A DNA stretch of 63,938 nt, the filler included, from Lama guanicoe (lineage: Eukaryota), in the NCBI GenBank assembly GCA_013239625.1. It is 197 parts of 197 records of this genome, joined end to end, with 100 filler letters (N's around TTAATTAATTAA, not from the genome) between each part and the next. Parts side by side here need not be neighbours in the genome. Positions count along the whole stretch, not along the records: positions 25,348 to 25,572 come from PNXV01042152.1; positions 25,673 to 25,897 come from PNXV01042153.1; positions 25,998 to 26,222 come from PNXV01042154.1; positions 26,323 to 26,547 come from PNXV01042155.1; positions 26,648 to 26,872 come from PNXV01042156.1; positions 26,973 to 27,197 come from PNXV01042157.1; positions 27,298 to 27,522 come from PNXV01042158.1; positions 27,623 to 27,847 come from PNXV01042159.1; 189 more parts are not named here. One strand, written 5' to 3'. The notes under the pieces are model-generated. The model made no database searches. It was given only the letters and a program-made list of their open reading frames with translations, and was not told the DNA's origin. Both the position numbers and the translations under genes were made by a program. Within the stretch, counting starts at the first letter, position 1; each line of letters starts with the position of its first letter. This document shows positions 25,248 to 36,295 of the stretch, piece after piece.

Positions 25248-26322
25248 NNNNNNNNNNNNNNNNNNNNNNNNNNNNNNNNNNNNNNNNNNNNTTAATTAAT
25301 TAANNNNNNNNNNNNNNNNNNNNNNNNNNNNNNNNNNNNNNNNNNNNAGATCGCATGCCTGCCAAGTGATTTTTGTATCATAATAGTTCCCCCACTACAG
25401 CGTACATATTCAATGTTGTTTGTAAGCAATTATTCAGCTACTTTTAAAGAAGCCATATGCATATATGTCAATATTTCTAAAATATTAGCGCATATTACTA
25501 TGAGAAAGCATGACAGATCTTTACTAAAATCAAGAGCTGCTATGGCTCCAGATCAATAGATTGATAAACATANNNNNNNNNNNNNNNNNNNNNNNNNNNN
25601 NNNNNNNNNNNNNNNNTTAATTAATTAANNNNNNNNNNNNNNNNNNNNNNNNNNNNNNNNNNNNNNNNNNNNTCATTTCCTCCCCAGTCTTAGAATCAAC
25701 CATTTCTCCAAGAAGCACTGGTTCCTTTTATTGGTAAATGGCATTGGAAACCAAGATCTGAACACTAGGGGTACTAATTACCAGCAGGCTGCCATTATTT
25801 CTTGCCCTCTCAGCTGAAAAAGCGTAGACATATATATGCGTATACTACCCTGTGTATACATACACAGGTATGTATAAATATTTCTATGTGTAACAACNNN
25901 NNNNNNNNNNNNNNNNNNNNNNNNNNNNNNNNNNNNNNNNNTTAATTAATTAANNNNNNNNNNNNNNNNNNNNNNNNNNNNNNNNNNNNNNNNNNNNTTT
26001 TTCTGCCCCTCTGTGCTGCCTGGGGCACCCACTGTGCTGGAGAGGAGATGGCCGAACATCACCCGTGTGAGACTCGGGCTCCCTGGAACCGCCGACAGCA
26101 GGAACGGGACATGGCAGTTGAATGGGTTGATCTCTTAAGCTGAAGCCACAACAAAGGGAGAAGGACGTGCATGCCCGCAGCAGCTTCACGTCCACTTTGC
26201 ACTTGTGGAGGGTGGCGCGGGGNNNNNNNNNNNNNNNNNNNNNNNNNNNNNNNNNNNNNNNNNNNNTTAATTAATTAANNNNNNNNNNNNNNNNNNNNNN
26301 NNNNNNNNNNNNNNNNNNNNNN

Positions 26323-26540
26323 TAACACATGCAGAAGCACACGTGCACAAATGCACATACCCACACACACATCTACACACATGCACGCAGAGACATACAC
26401 ATGAACACACATGCCCAAACACACACACATGTACCCACACCCACATAAACACACATACACACATGCATGCACACATATGTACACACATGCACACACATAT
26501 AAGCACATATACAAACACACACAAACACACACACTGAGAC
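26323..26540 (+). repeat. Degenerate (CA)n/(CAT)-rich simple repeat
   Basis: Purine-pyrimidine alternation throughout. The His/Thr and Cys/Val ORFs are just translations of the repeat. Confidence 0.95.
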
Positions 26541-26972
26541 ATTTAATNNNNNNNNNNNNNNNNNNNNNNNNNNNNNNNNNNNNNNNNNNNNTTAATTAAT
26601 TAANNNNNNNNNNNNNNNNNNNNNNNNNNNNNNNNNNNNNNNNNNNNTCTTCAAACTTCCTAGGTTTGTTTAATGCTTGTTTTTAACTCCTGTTTCTAAT
26701 GTTGGGGACATTCTGTGCTTCCAGGAGGAGAGATGAGCATGCACGGGAGATGCAAACACACTGAAGCAACTCATACCATGAGGTAGATCCGCTGATTGGA
26801 AACAAAGATGAAACTGTTGAGACAAGCAAAAAAGATCTTTACAGAGAAGCAAAGAGAAATAGTTGCTATTTCNNNNNNNNNNNNNNNNNNNNNNNNNNNN
26901 NNNNNNNNNNNNNNNNTTAATTAATTAANNNNNNNNNNNNNNNNNNNNNNNNNNNNNNNNNNNNNNNNNNNN

Positions 26973-27197
26973 GGGGGCTCCGGCCGGGGAGCGCGGGGCT
27001 CGGGCGGCCCCTTGGTGACTCGCAGGGACGGCGGGCGTGGGCGGGTCCTCCCCAGGCCCCGAGTCGGGGGGCGCGGACCCAGGCCCGGGAGCCGGGGGAG
27101 GGGAGCTTCCACGCCCCGCGGTCCCCCCGCAGGGCGGCCCCGGGCCTGGCCGGGCTCTGCGGGCCCCGCTCCGGGGACGCGGGCGGCGGCGGCGGCG
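26973..27197. other. CpG-island fragment ending in (GGC)n
   Basis: Extremely GC-rich, with GC-box-like gggcgtgggcggg and terminal ggcggcggcggcggcg. Confidence 0.7.
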
Positions 27198-27297
27198 NNN
27201 NNNNNNNNNNNNNNNNNNNNNNNNNNNNNNNNNNNNNNNNNTTAATTAATTAANNNNNNNNNNNNNNNNNNNNNNNNNNNNNNNNNNNNNNNNNNNN

Positions 27298-27522
27298 CTT
27301 CAGTCACAGGTGTTCCCTGTTCGGGGGAAGTCCGAGAAATATATTCTCAAAATTTTGGTTGGCTGCTGCTGACCCTGGGCATTCCAGCGCCGATCCCTAG
27401 CATTTACTGGCAGCCAGAACTTAGGAAAACCCTCAGGTGAGACGAGCTTAGGCAGTCCTTTAGATCTCACGCGCTGCCGACAGTTGCTGGAAGCTCCCCA
27501 CGCTCATTATTCCGAAACCATA
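27298..27522 (+). repeat. Satellite-like repeat family B (homologs 47123-47346 and 25024-25247)
   Basis: Shares cttcagtca..ggtgttccctgttcg, ccctagcatt, gagacgag.ttaggca and cacgcgctgccgac.gttg.tggaa...ccccacgct colinearly with 47123-47346. Confidence 0.8.
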
Positions 27523-27622
27523 NNNNNNNNNNNNNNNNNNNNNNNNNNNNNNNNNNNNNNNNNNNNTTAATTAATTAANNNNNNNNNNNNNNNNNNNNNN
27601 NNNNNNNNNNNNNNNNNNNNNN

Positions 27623-27808
27623 TCCAATATATTTTAACATGTTATCTATGTAATATGTATTAACGTGATATCTAAGTTTTTTTGGTACTATGTTCTCAAC
27701 ATCTGGTGTGCATTTTACAGTGACAGCACATCTCGATTTGGCATAGGAATACTTCACGTGCTCAACAGCCACATGTGACTAGTGGCTACCACACTGTACA
27801 AGTGCAGA
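27623..27808. mobile_element. hAT-Charlie non-autonomous element (MER33/MER3-like)
   Basis: tctggtgtgcattttacagtgacagcacatctcgatttgg...gtgctcaacagccacatgtgactagtggctacc. Confidence 0.75.
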
Positions 27809-28029
27809 TATACTTTCTGAATCTAGAACTTTACAGATACTCTAAAGNNNNNNNNNNNNNNNNNNNNNNNNNNNNNNNNNNNNNNNNNNNNTTAATTAAT
27901 TAANNNNNNNNNNNNNNNNNNNNNNNNNNNNNNNNNNNNNNNNNNNNGACAAAAATATCAGTGCTCTGATGGGTAAAAGGGTCTAGACGACACTACAGTA
28001 TCAACAGGACAGCTGCGGGGCCCAGAAGG

Positions 28030-28060
28030 ACTACGTCATCCCAGTCTGAGAGACTTCACT
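28030..28060 (+). promoter_or_regulatory. TRBV promoter CRE/decamer-like elements
   Basis: ctacgtcatc and gagacttcact lie about 60-90 bp upstream of the leader ATG, where the conserved AGTGAYRTCA decamer of TRBV promoters is expected. Both are imperfect matches. Confidence 0.45.
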
Positions 28061-28117
28061 AAGAGCCCGTCCCACTTCCCCAGAGCCGGGAGACACCCTT
28101 CTCACCCTGACTGCGCC

Positions 28118-28166
28118 ATGGCCGTCAGGCTCCTCTGCTATGTGGCCCTTTCCCTTCTGGGTGCGG
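28118..28166 (+). CDS. T-cell receptor beta variable gene leader exon (L-PART1)
   Basis: gccATGG, MAVRLLCYVALSLLGA plus 1 nt gives a 49-nt exon ending in the donor G|gtaagg. This matches TRBV leader pattern and length (M.xRLLCxV.LxLLGAG). Subgroup not assignable. Confidence 0.85.
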
Positions 28167-31100
28167 GTAAGGNNNNNNNNNNNNNNNNNNNNNNNNNNNN
28201 NNNNNNNNNNNNNNNNTTAATTAATTAANNNNNNNNNNNNNNNNNNNNNNNNNNNNNNNNNNNNNNNNNNNNCTCCCAGCTGAGTTTGGATCCAGCAGTG
28301 TCCCCTACTTAACGCCCGGGCGGCCACGTGCCCACAGGGAGGCAGCTGCCTGGGGCCAGGGGAGCCGTCCTGCTTGCAGGAGAGGGACCCCCCGCCTCCC
28401 CCAGGGCCTCTGTCCTCCTCACCCTCTTCCCAGGGGGCCTGAGCTGGGGGGGGGGGCGGAAACGGGGCCACTCCCAGCATCTCACCACAGCTAGTAANNN
28501 NNNNNNNNNNNNNNNNNNNNNNNNNNNNNNNNNNNNNNNNNTTAATTAATTAANNNNNNNNNNNNNNNNNNNNNNNNNNNNNNNNNNNNNNNNNNNNGGG
28601 GTGACCGCAAACGCTCCGCTCCCTGCGTGTTTCTGTGCGTCCGCACGTGCTGAGTGAGCACAACGCCGTCCTGAGCGCGACCCCAGGGGTCTGGCCAGTG
28701 GAGATGGCTGCCCTGCAGGAACCTCTTCGGCTCCTGGTGGGGCGGGATGGGGAGGGCTGTCTCCCGCTCCCCGAGGCAGCAGCAGCTCAGGATCCCATGA
28801 AGACCTTGCCTCTGGCTCAGAANNNNNNNNNNNNNNNNNNNNNNNNNNNNNNNNNNNNNNNNNNNNTTAATTAATTAANNNNNNNNNNNNNNNNNNNNNN
28901 NNNNNNNNNNNNNNNNNNNNNNAAACCTGGAAACAACCCAGGTGTCTTTCAATGGCACTACCGAGCAATATAAAGGAATGAACTGTTGGTACCTGCAACA
29001 TGGGCGAATCCTCAGAAAACTGGCCTGAGTGAAAAAACAACAGAAATAAACAAAAAAAAAAACCCAATTCCCAAATGTCACAGGCCTTCTGATTCCATTA
29101 ACATTCTCGTGTGACAAAATTCTGGAAATGAAGAACAGACCTGGTTGNNNNNNNNNNNNNNNNNNNNNNNNNNNNNNNNNNNNNNNNNNNNTTAATTAAT
29201 TAANNNNNNNNNNNNNNNNNNNNNNNNNNNNNNNNNNNNNNNNNNNNATAATAATCTATTTTTTATACTTATAATAATAATAGTAACAGATTATTATTAA
29301 ATTTTATTATTTTTTATATATTATTTTTATTTTTATTATTTTATATTTTATTATTATTAAACTAAAACGTTATTAACATTTCAAAGACTAACAAAAATTA
29401 TATTTTGCTGCTAAAGTAAAGACAAAGAGAAGGCAGTAGCTGAAGCAGGTTGGCTGATGTCAGGTAAAGCGANNNNNNNNNNNNNNNNNNNNNNNNNNNN
29501 NNNNNNNNNNNNNNNNTTAATTAATTAANNNNNNNNNNNNNNNNNNNNNNNNNNNNNNNNNNNNNNNNNNNNGAGGTAGGATTGAACAGGGGGAAATGGG
29601 TGTGCTTGAAAAATCAGAAATTGCCCAAACTGTCTGTGTAAGTGTCAGATCCCCAGCTCACTCTCTCTTGTGCCACACTGCAAGGATACTGACTTCCCCT
29701 ACCCACCCTTTGCAAAAAACTGGTAGTTAAAAAAGGTATAACATAGGCTCAAAGGGGTGGAAGAGGCAAAGGTCTAGTTGAGAAGATTATTTAATCANNN
29801 NNNNNNNNNNNNNNNNNNNNNNNNNNNNNNNNNNNNNNNNNTTAATTAATTAANNNNNNNNNNNNNNNNNNNNNNNNNNNNNNNNNNNNNNNNNNNNAGG
29901 AGACTAGCTTGATACCTGTATAGACACCACATAACTCACCGAAGGAAATTTAGATCTCTGATTATTGTTTTCTTGTTATTTGCCTCATTTTATCCTAGAA
30001 GGAGTTTTCCCCGAAATACGTGTATGTGCACGTCTGTGCCTACATGTATGTAATTTTTTGAGTTTTGATTCGTTGGGTTTAGTTAATAGTTTCTTTCCAT
30101 TTTTTCCTCTTACCTCTACAAANNNNNNNNNNNNNNNNNNNNNNNNNNNNNNNNNNNNNNNNNNNNTTAATTAATTAANNNNNNNNNNNNNNNNNNNNNN
30201 NNNNNNNNNNNNNNNNNNNNNNCACGATGCCCCGCTGACGTTGCACCAGCTTTCCTCTCGCAGCCTCCCCGTGGCTCCCACACTTCCCATTTCTACCCTG
30301 AGGTTCCCGTGGAGCTTTTACCAAGCACTTCTGGTCTCGCCTCGGGGTTGGGCGAGGCCCAGCGGCCAGCCTGGCCCGGGAGTTGTGATGGCTACACGGG
30401 GCGCGTGTTGGCTCCTGGGCCGGTGCTGGCGCCCTCTCCCTGCCTGGNNNNNNNNNNNNNNNNNNNNNNNNNNNNNNNNNNNNNNNNNNNNTTAATTAAT
30501 TAANNNNNNNNNNNNNNNNNNNNNNNNNNNNNNNNNNNNNNNNNNNNAGACTATGAATGTCTTTGAGGTTCCTCATTATCTCCAATATTATTTCAGGTCA
30601 TCCACGCTCTGTCTGCCCTTTTCCATTCTGGGCCTGATGTTTATGGAATTCTGTGGAAGGTTATTATTGTTGTTGCTGCCTTCTGGGGAGTTTTTGATTT
30701 TCTCGTTTTCATCTGGAGGACCATCCTCGCTGTGAGTATTACTAAAGTACCTGACAGTGTCCTTTTAATCACNNNNNNNNNNNNNNNNNNNNNNNNNNNN
30801 NNNNNNNNNNNNNNNNTTAATTAATTAANNNNNNNNNNNNNNNNNNNNNNNNNNNNNNNNNNNNNNNNNNNNGTAAATAGTGCTGCTATGAATATTGGGG
30901 TGCAAGTGTCTCTTTGAAGTAGGGTTCCTTCTGGATCTATGCCCAGGAGTGGTATTGCTGGATCAGTACTTTTATAGTCATAAGGAAGTACACAGAAAGG
31001 GCAAAAAGTGTACCCCCTGCCATCAGGGAGTAAAAAAATGTAAGATTAAATACTTAGCTATATGAGTAAATAGAGTGCAAAGAGTTCTTGGAGGCAGNNN

Positions 31101-31554
31101 NNNNNNNNNNNNNNNNNNNNNNNNNNNNNNNNNNNNNNNNNTTAATTAATTAANNNNNNNNNNNNNNNNNNNNNNNNNNNNNNNNNNNNNNNNNNNNTCT
31201 AATTATAAAAATAGTTGTAAATTATTGTATTTAGTATCAACCTAGGATAAGATCTCATTCAATGTCCCTCAAAGGATAAATTTTCAAGGAGTCATATCAT
31301 TTTTAGAACTTTATAATAACTGGTTACATGTTACTTATTCTCAATCCCTTGAATGGCAACTTCATAAACTTTCTCCATGCTTTTCAATTTCAGAGCCAAA
31401 GTTTGGGCTTAGAATTGCATCANNNNNNNNNNNNNNNNNNNNNNNNNNNNNNNNNNNNNNNNNNNNTTAATTAATTAANNNNNNNNNNNNNNNNNNNNNN
31501 NNNNNNNNNNNNNNNNNNNNNNGTTTGTTTGTTTGTTTGTTTGTATAAAAGGAG

Positions 31555-31716
31555 CGTGTACTCTGACTGCAGCAGGATGGTTATCCAAGACATTAGTCTG
31601 CCATCCTCTCGATCTGCCAGCTTTCCGAATAAAGTCACTATTCCTTGCCCCAAGACCTCATCTCCCAGTTTATTGGCCTGTCGTGCAGCGAGCGGAACGA
31701 GCCGGACTCGGTAACA
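31555..31716 (+). mobile_element. ERV1 LTR 3' half (MER41-like), CpG-retaining copy
   Basis: ctttccgaataaagtcactattccttgcccc...tttattggcctgtcgtgcagcgagcggaacgagccggactcggtaaca. Homologous to 14299-14401. Confidence 0.75.
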
Positions 31717-32497
31717 AAATCCTATTCTTCTGTATTTTTGGTCCTTTNNNNNNNNNNNNNNNNNNNNNNNNNNNNNNNNNNNNNNNNNNNNTTAATTAAT
31801 TAANNNNNNNNNNNNNNNNNNNNNNNNNNNNNNNNNNNNNNNNNNNNTTAGGTGAGCCAGCTCAGCCTTCATTCCAACTTCCTAACCAAAAAGCTGTGAG
31901 GTTGAAAATATATTTCTCAGACTATTCTGCAGCAAGGATTCCAGATGTGGCTTTAAAAATGCACATCAGAGATTGAGATTTACAAATATTAACTACTATA
32001 TATAAAAATAGCTAAAAAACTATATTTCTTCTATATAGCACAGGGAACTATATTTAATATCTTGTAATAACCNNNNNNNNNNNNNNNNNNNNNNNNNNNN
32101 NNNNNNNNNNNNNNNNTTAATTAATTAANNNNNNNNNNNNNNNNNNNNNNNNNNNNNNNNNNNNNNNNNNNNCAAGTGTGCGAGACAGTATTATTAACTA
32201 TAGTCAGATTGCGTTTCTAACAGGCTCCTGGATGATGTAATGCTTCCAGGGAATGCATGTTGAGAATCACTGGTACACAGGGATAATAGAAATGGGTTGA
32301 GAGAAATTACTGAAGTTTTCTTCACATAACACTTCATTCTTCCACCAGTTTTAGTACACTTAGGTAACTGTTATCAATTCTGAAGAGGAATATAGTANNN
32401 NNNNNNNNNNNNNNNNNNNNNNNNNNNNNNNNNNNNNNNNNTTAATTAATTAANNNNNNNNNNNNNNNNNNNNNNNNNNNNNNNNNNNNNNNNNNNN

Positions 32498-32722
32498 AAT
32501 GGGGAAAAGACAGTCTATTCAATAAGTGGTGCTGGGAAAACTGGACAGGTACATGTAAAAGAATGAAATTAGAACATTCTCTAGCACCATATACAAAAAT
32601 AAATCACATATGGATCAAAGACCTAAATGTAAGTTGGATACTATAAAACTTCTAGAAAAAAACATAGGCAGAACACACTTTGACATATGTTGCAGCAATA
32701 TTTTGGGGGTCCATCTACTAAA
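32498..32722 (+). mobile_element. LINE-1 ORF2 fragment
   Basis: [59 protein letters not shown]. Confidence 0.95.
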
Positions 32723-32822
32723 NNNNNNNNNNNNNNNNNNNNNNNNNNNNNNNNNNNNNNNNNNNNTTAATTAATTAANNNNNNNNNNNNNNNNNNNNNN
32801 NNNNNNNNNNNNNNNNNNNNNN

Positions 32823-33047
32823 AGGAGTGCTGCCCACCCCGGGCCGGAGCCCCCCGCCCCTCGCTGGAGAGGAGGAGGCGGTAGCGGCGGCGGCATGGAG
32901 CCGGGGGAGGGCGGCGGCGGCGGCAGCGCCCGGCCTGTCTGCCTCCGCGGCTGCAGCAGCAGCAGCAGCCGCCGCCGCCGCCGCCGTCGCTGCCGCTGCA
33001 TGAACCTCTGCACCGCGGCTGCCCCCCGCGTGCAGCGCACCCAGCGG
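32823..33047. other. CpG island / probable 5' exon with compound (CAG)5(CCG)6 repeat at 32954-32986
   Basis: GC-rich, with several GGC runs and the counted CAG/CCG tract. Gene not recognised. Confidence 0.6.
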
Positions 33048-33147
33048 NNNNNNNNNNNNNNNNNNNNNNNNNNNNNNNNNNNNNNNNNNNNTTAATTAAT
33101 TAANNNNNNNNNNNNNNNNNNNNNNNNNNNNNNNNNNNNNNNNNNNN

Positions 33148-33320
33148 ACCAGGAGGGAAAAGAGGCGTATAACCATTCCTCCCTCAAGAGCCTCCAGAGG
33201 GAAGCGACCCTGCTGACACCTTGCTGACACCTTGCTGACACTCTCAGTCTGTCAGAGGATACATTTCTGTTGTTCTAAGCCACCCAGTCTGTGGTAACCT
33301 GTGATGGCAGCCTCAGAAAA
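33148..33320 (+). mobile_element. MaLR LTR (MLT1-type) 3' part
   Basis: agagcctccagagggaagcgaccctgctgacacctt...atacatttctgttgttctaagccacccagtctgtggtaa...atggcagcc. Contains a local 11-bp triplication tgctgacacct at 33211-33241. Confidence 0.85.
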
Positions 33321-33539
33321 GGGAAGGAGACAGATCTCACTTTTCCTCCCCATGAATTGCCAATAATAATAANNNNNNNNNNNNNNNNNNNNNNNNNNNN
33401 NNNNNNNNNNNNNNNNTTAATTAATTAANNNNNNNNNNNNNNNNNNNNNNNNNNNNNNNNNNNNNNNNNNNNTTTCTGGGGACCTGGGGCAAGGGCCCTA
33501 GTCAGGGCTGCAAGGCAGAGACAGAAAGAGTATGCGAAA

Positions 33540-33668
33540 GGAGGATGGGATAGCTCAGTGGTAGAGAGCATGCTTAGCGTGCACGACGATGTCCTGGGTT
33601 CAGTCCGCAGTGCCTCCATTAAACCAACCAACCAACCTGACGACCATCCCCCCTCCAAAAAAAGAAAC
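33540..33668 (+). mobile_element. Vic-1-type SINE
   Basis: tagctcagtggtagagagcatgcttagcgtgcacg...gtcctgggttcagtccgcagtgcctccatta...ccccctccaaaaaaag. Confidence 0.85.
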
Positions 33669-35747
33669 AGCACGGGAGCTGCCATTTCTATAATCCCNNN
33701 NNNNNNNNNNNNNNNNNNNNNNNNNNNNNNNNNNNNNNNNNTTAATTAATTAANNNNNNNNNNNNNNNNNNNNNNNNNNNNNNNNNNNNNNNNNNNNATC
33801 AGAGTGCTTATAAACATGTTTCTTCTAATCTTTAATAGAAATATTGGAAGGAAGCAGGCATGCAAAATTATTAGGAAACATATTATTAAAAGTTTTTAAA
33901 ACTACATACTTGGGACATTTCTCTTGATGTAACTTATATAAAATATTTCCTGGGAGTGAAATACCCCAAGTACTAAAGTACCATGCTTTTCTTGTGACAG
34001 TTTATAAATTTCATACTTTTCCNNNNNNNNNNNNNNNNNNNNNNNNNNNNNNNNNNNNNNNNNNNNTTAATTAATTAANNNNNNNNNNNNNNNNNNNNNN
34101 NNNNNNNNNNNNNNNNNNNNNNATTATTTTGAAATGCATAGAAATACTGAAGCAGTATGTTGTGTACCAGGAACTAACATAGTTTCACAGGTTGATTATA
34201 CTTGAGAAACAAACAAGCAAACACAGAAACTCATTGAAAAAGAGATCAGATTTGTGGTTGCTACAGTCAGGAATGGGAGTAAGGGGAATTGGATGAAGGC
34301 GGTCAAAAGATACAAACTTCTGGTTCTCAGATAAATAAGTACTAGGGNNNNNNNNNNNNNNNNNNNNNNNNNNNNNNNNNNNNNNNNNNNNTTAATTAAT
34401 TAANNNNNNNNNNNNNNNNNNNNNNNNNNNNNNNNNNNNNNNNNNNNCCGTCTCTTAATTTGGATCGGGTGCCACCCAGCCTCCTCCTCCTCTCACACCT
34501 GTATCTTCACCACATAGCCCCCTGCTGTTAAGGCAGTGTTTTTTTTCCTTTTCTTTATCCCATCCTATTTCTTCTTTATACTGAGTAGCAGATGATGTAA
34601 CCTGCTCTAACACAGTGGGAAACCTCTGGAAGAGGGTGCTACAAGATAGCACCCCAATATGTAATACATCCCNNNNNNNNNNNNNNNNNNNNNNNNNNNN
34701 NNNNNNNNNNNNNNNNTTAATTAATTAANNNNNNNNNNNNNNNNNNNNNNNNNNNNNNNNNNNNNNNNNNNNCCCCAGCCTGGATCCAGGGTGTTCTTCA
34801 GAGGAGGTCCTGGCTTCCAGAGATCTAGCCCCACCCCACTTACCTAAGGCTTGAACTTGTGTGTTCCAAGTCTGCTGTCTTCAAGAAAAGGGCTCTGCTG
34901 CTGAGACTCTAAAGTTTGAAAACCTCTGCCCTGATGACTCAATCTCTCTGGAGTCCAAAGGCTGGCCCAGGCCCTTCCCAGGTTGCATGCAGGGATCNNN
35001 NNNNNNNNNNNNNNNNNNNNNNNNNNNNNNNNNNNNNNNNNTTAATTAATTAANNNNNNNNNNNNNNNNNNNNNNNNNNNNNNNNNNNNNNNNNNNNGGA
35101 TCTTTCCCGCCTAAGTCAGGTACGGGAAGAAATTTCTAACTCACTATAGATGATGGCCAAAGAGCCGGCTCCTCCGGGATGGGCGGGAGTAGCTCAGGGG
35201 GACCCGAAGCTTTGCCGTGTAACTCAGGTAGCAGCATTCATGTCCCCGGCAGCAGATGGAGTGATACTTTCTGGGGGCGCGCCCGCTGTAGGAGGCAGCA
35301 CGGAGCCAGGAGCGGGATTCAGNNNNNNNNNNNNNNNNNNNNNNNNNNNNNNNNNNNNNNNNNNNNTTAATTAATTAANNNNNNNNNNNNNNNNNNNNNN
35401 NNNNNNNNNNNNNNNNNNNNNNAAAAATAAAATCTTATATCACCTTACTGTAGGATATATAGGCATCTTTTTCATGTTTATCAGATTATAACATACACAT
35501 TTTCTGTGAGATTCGGGATGAAATACCTCTTGGTCCTTGATGTTTTATTCTAGCTGGAACTGTCTCATTCCTGGTTTTACCTTAAAGAATAACATGTGAA
35601 AGAAAATAGCAGTGAGTTTAGTAAAACCTAAGGGAGAAACACCATTCNNNNNNNNNNNNNNNNNNNNNNNNNNNNNNNNNNNNNNNNNNNNTTAATTAAT
35701 TAANNNNNNNNNNNNNNNNNNNNNNNNNNNNNNNNNNNNNNNNNNNN

Positions 35748-35972
35748 ATTTTTTCAGTAAAGACATACAGATGGCCAGTAGGCACATAAAAAATGTTCAA
35801 TATTTCTAACTATTAGAGAAATGCAAGTCAAAACTACAATGAGGTATCACTTCACATTCATTATTGAAAAGTCCACAAGCAATAAATGCTGGAGAGGGTG
35901 TGGAGAGAAGAGAACCTTGCTACACTGTTGGTGGGAATATAATTTGATGTAGCCATTATGGAAAACAGTGTG
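35748..35972 (+). mobile_element. LINE-1 ORF2 C-terminal (Cys-rich) fragment
   Basis: [13 protein letters not shown]...[19 protein letters not shown]. Related pieces at 43548-43772 (-), 55897-56121 and 61105-61330. Confidence 0.92.
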
Positions 35973-36073
35973 NNNNNNNNNNNNNNNNNNNNNNNNNNNN
36001 NNNNNNNNNNNNNNNNTTAATTAATTAANNNNNNNNNNNNNNNNNNNNNNNNNNNNNNNNNNNNNNNNNNNNA

Positions 36074-36295
36074 CATCCAGATCCAGATGGGCTTCATAGT
36101 TTCCTAAGTTTCCCCAAACCCAAAACTAAATGCCAACTGCAAGGTTTTCTTAGGGTAGTTAGTTATTACCAAAATCAGATCCCAAATTTTTCTCTCATGA
36201 CCGAAACTCTATATGCTTTACTAAAGAACAACCCCTATGCAGTTTTATGGGAGAAATTGGATGACACAGCCTTCAAGGCCTTAAAAGAGAGTTTG
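36074..36295 (+). mobile_element. Class I ERV pol fragment (RT thumb/connection), decayed
   Basis: Open frame HPDPDGLHSFLSFPKPKTKCQLQGFLRVVSYYQNQIPNFSLMTETLYALLKNNPYAVLWEKLDDTAFKALKESL resembles the pattern P.PKTKRQLRGFLGL.GYCR.WIPNFS...PLY...AF..LK..L, with many conserved residues lost. Confidence 0.88.

Noticed and set aside
26267..26599. His/Thr-rich and Cys/Val-rich proteins
   Set aside because: They are translations of a degenerate CA repeat.
32954..32986. Huntingtin exon 1 (CAG then CCG)
   Set aside because: The MATLEKLMKAFESLKSF coding sequence upstream is absent and the flanks do not match.
35139..35149. T7 promoter or vector contamination (actcactatag)
   Set aside because: Only 11 nt match, the upstream TAATACG is missing, and there is no other vector sequence.
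36074..36295. Active retroviral polymerase
   Set aside because: The frame is open but conserved residues are lost (GFLG to GFLR, GYCR.W to SYYQNQ), consistent with an old decayed ERV. No link to the env contig can be inferred.
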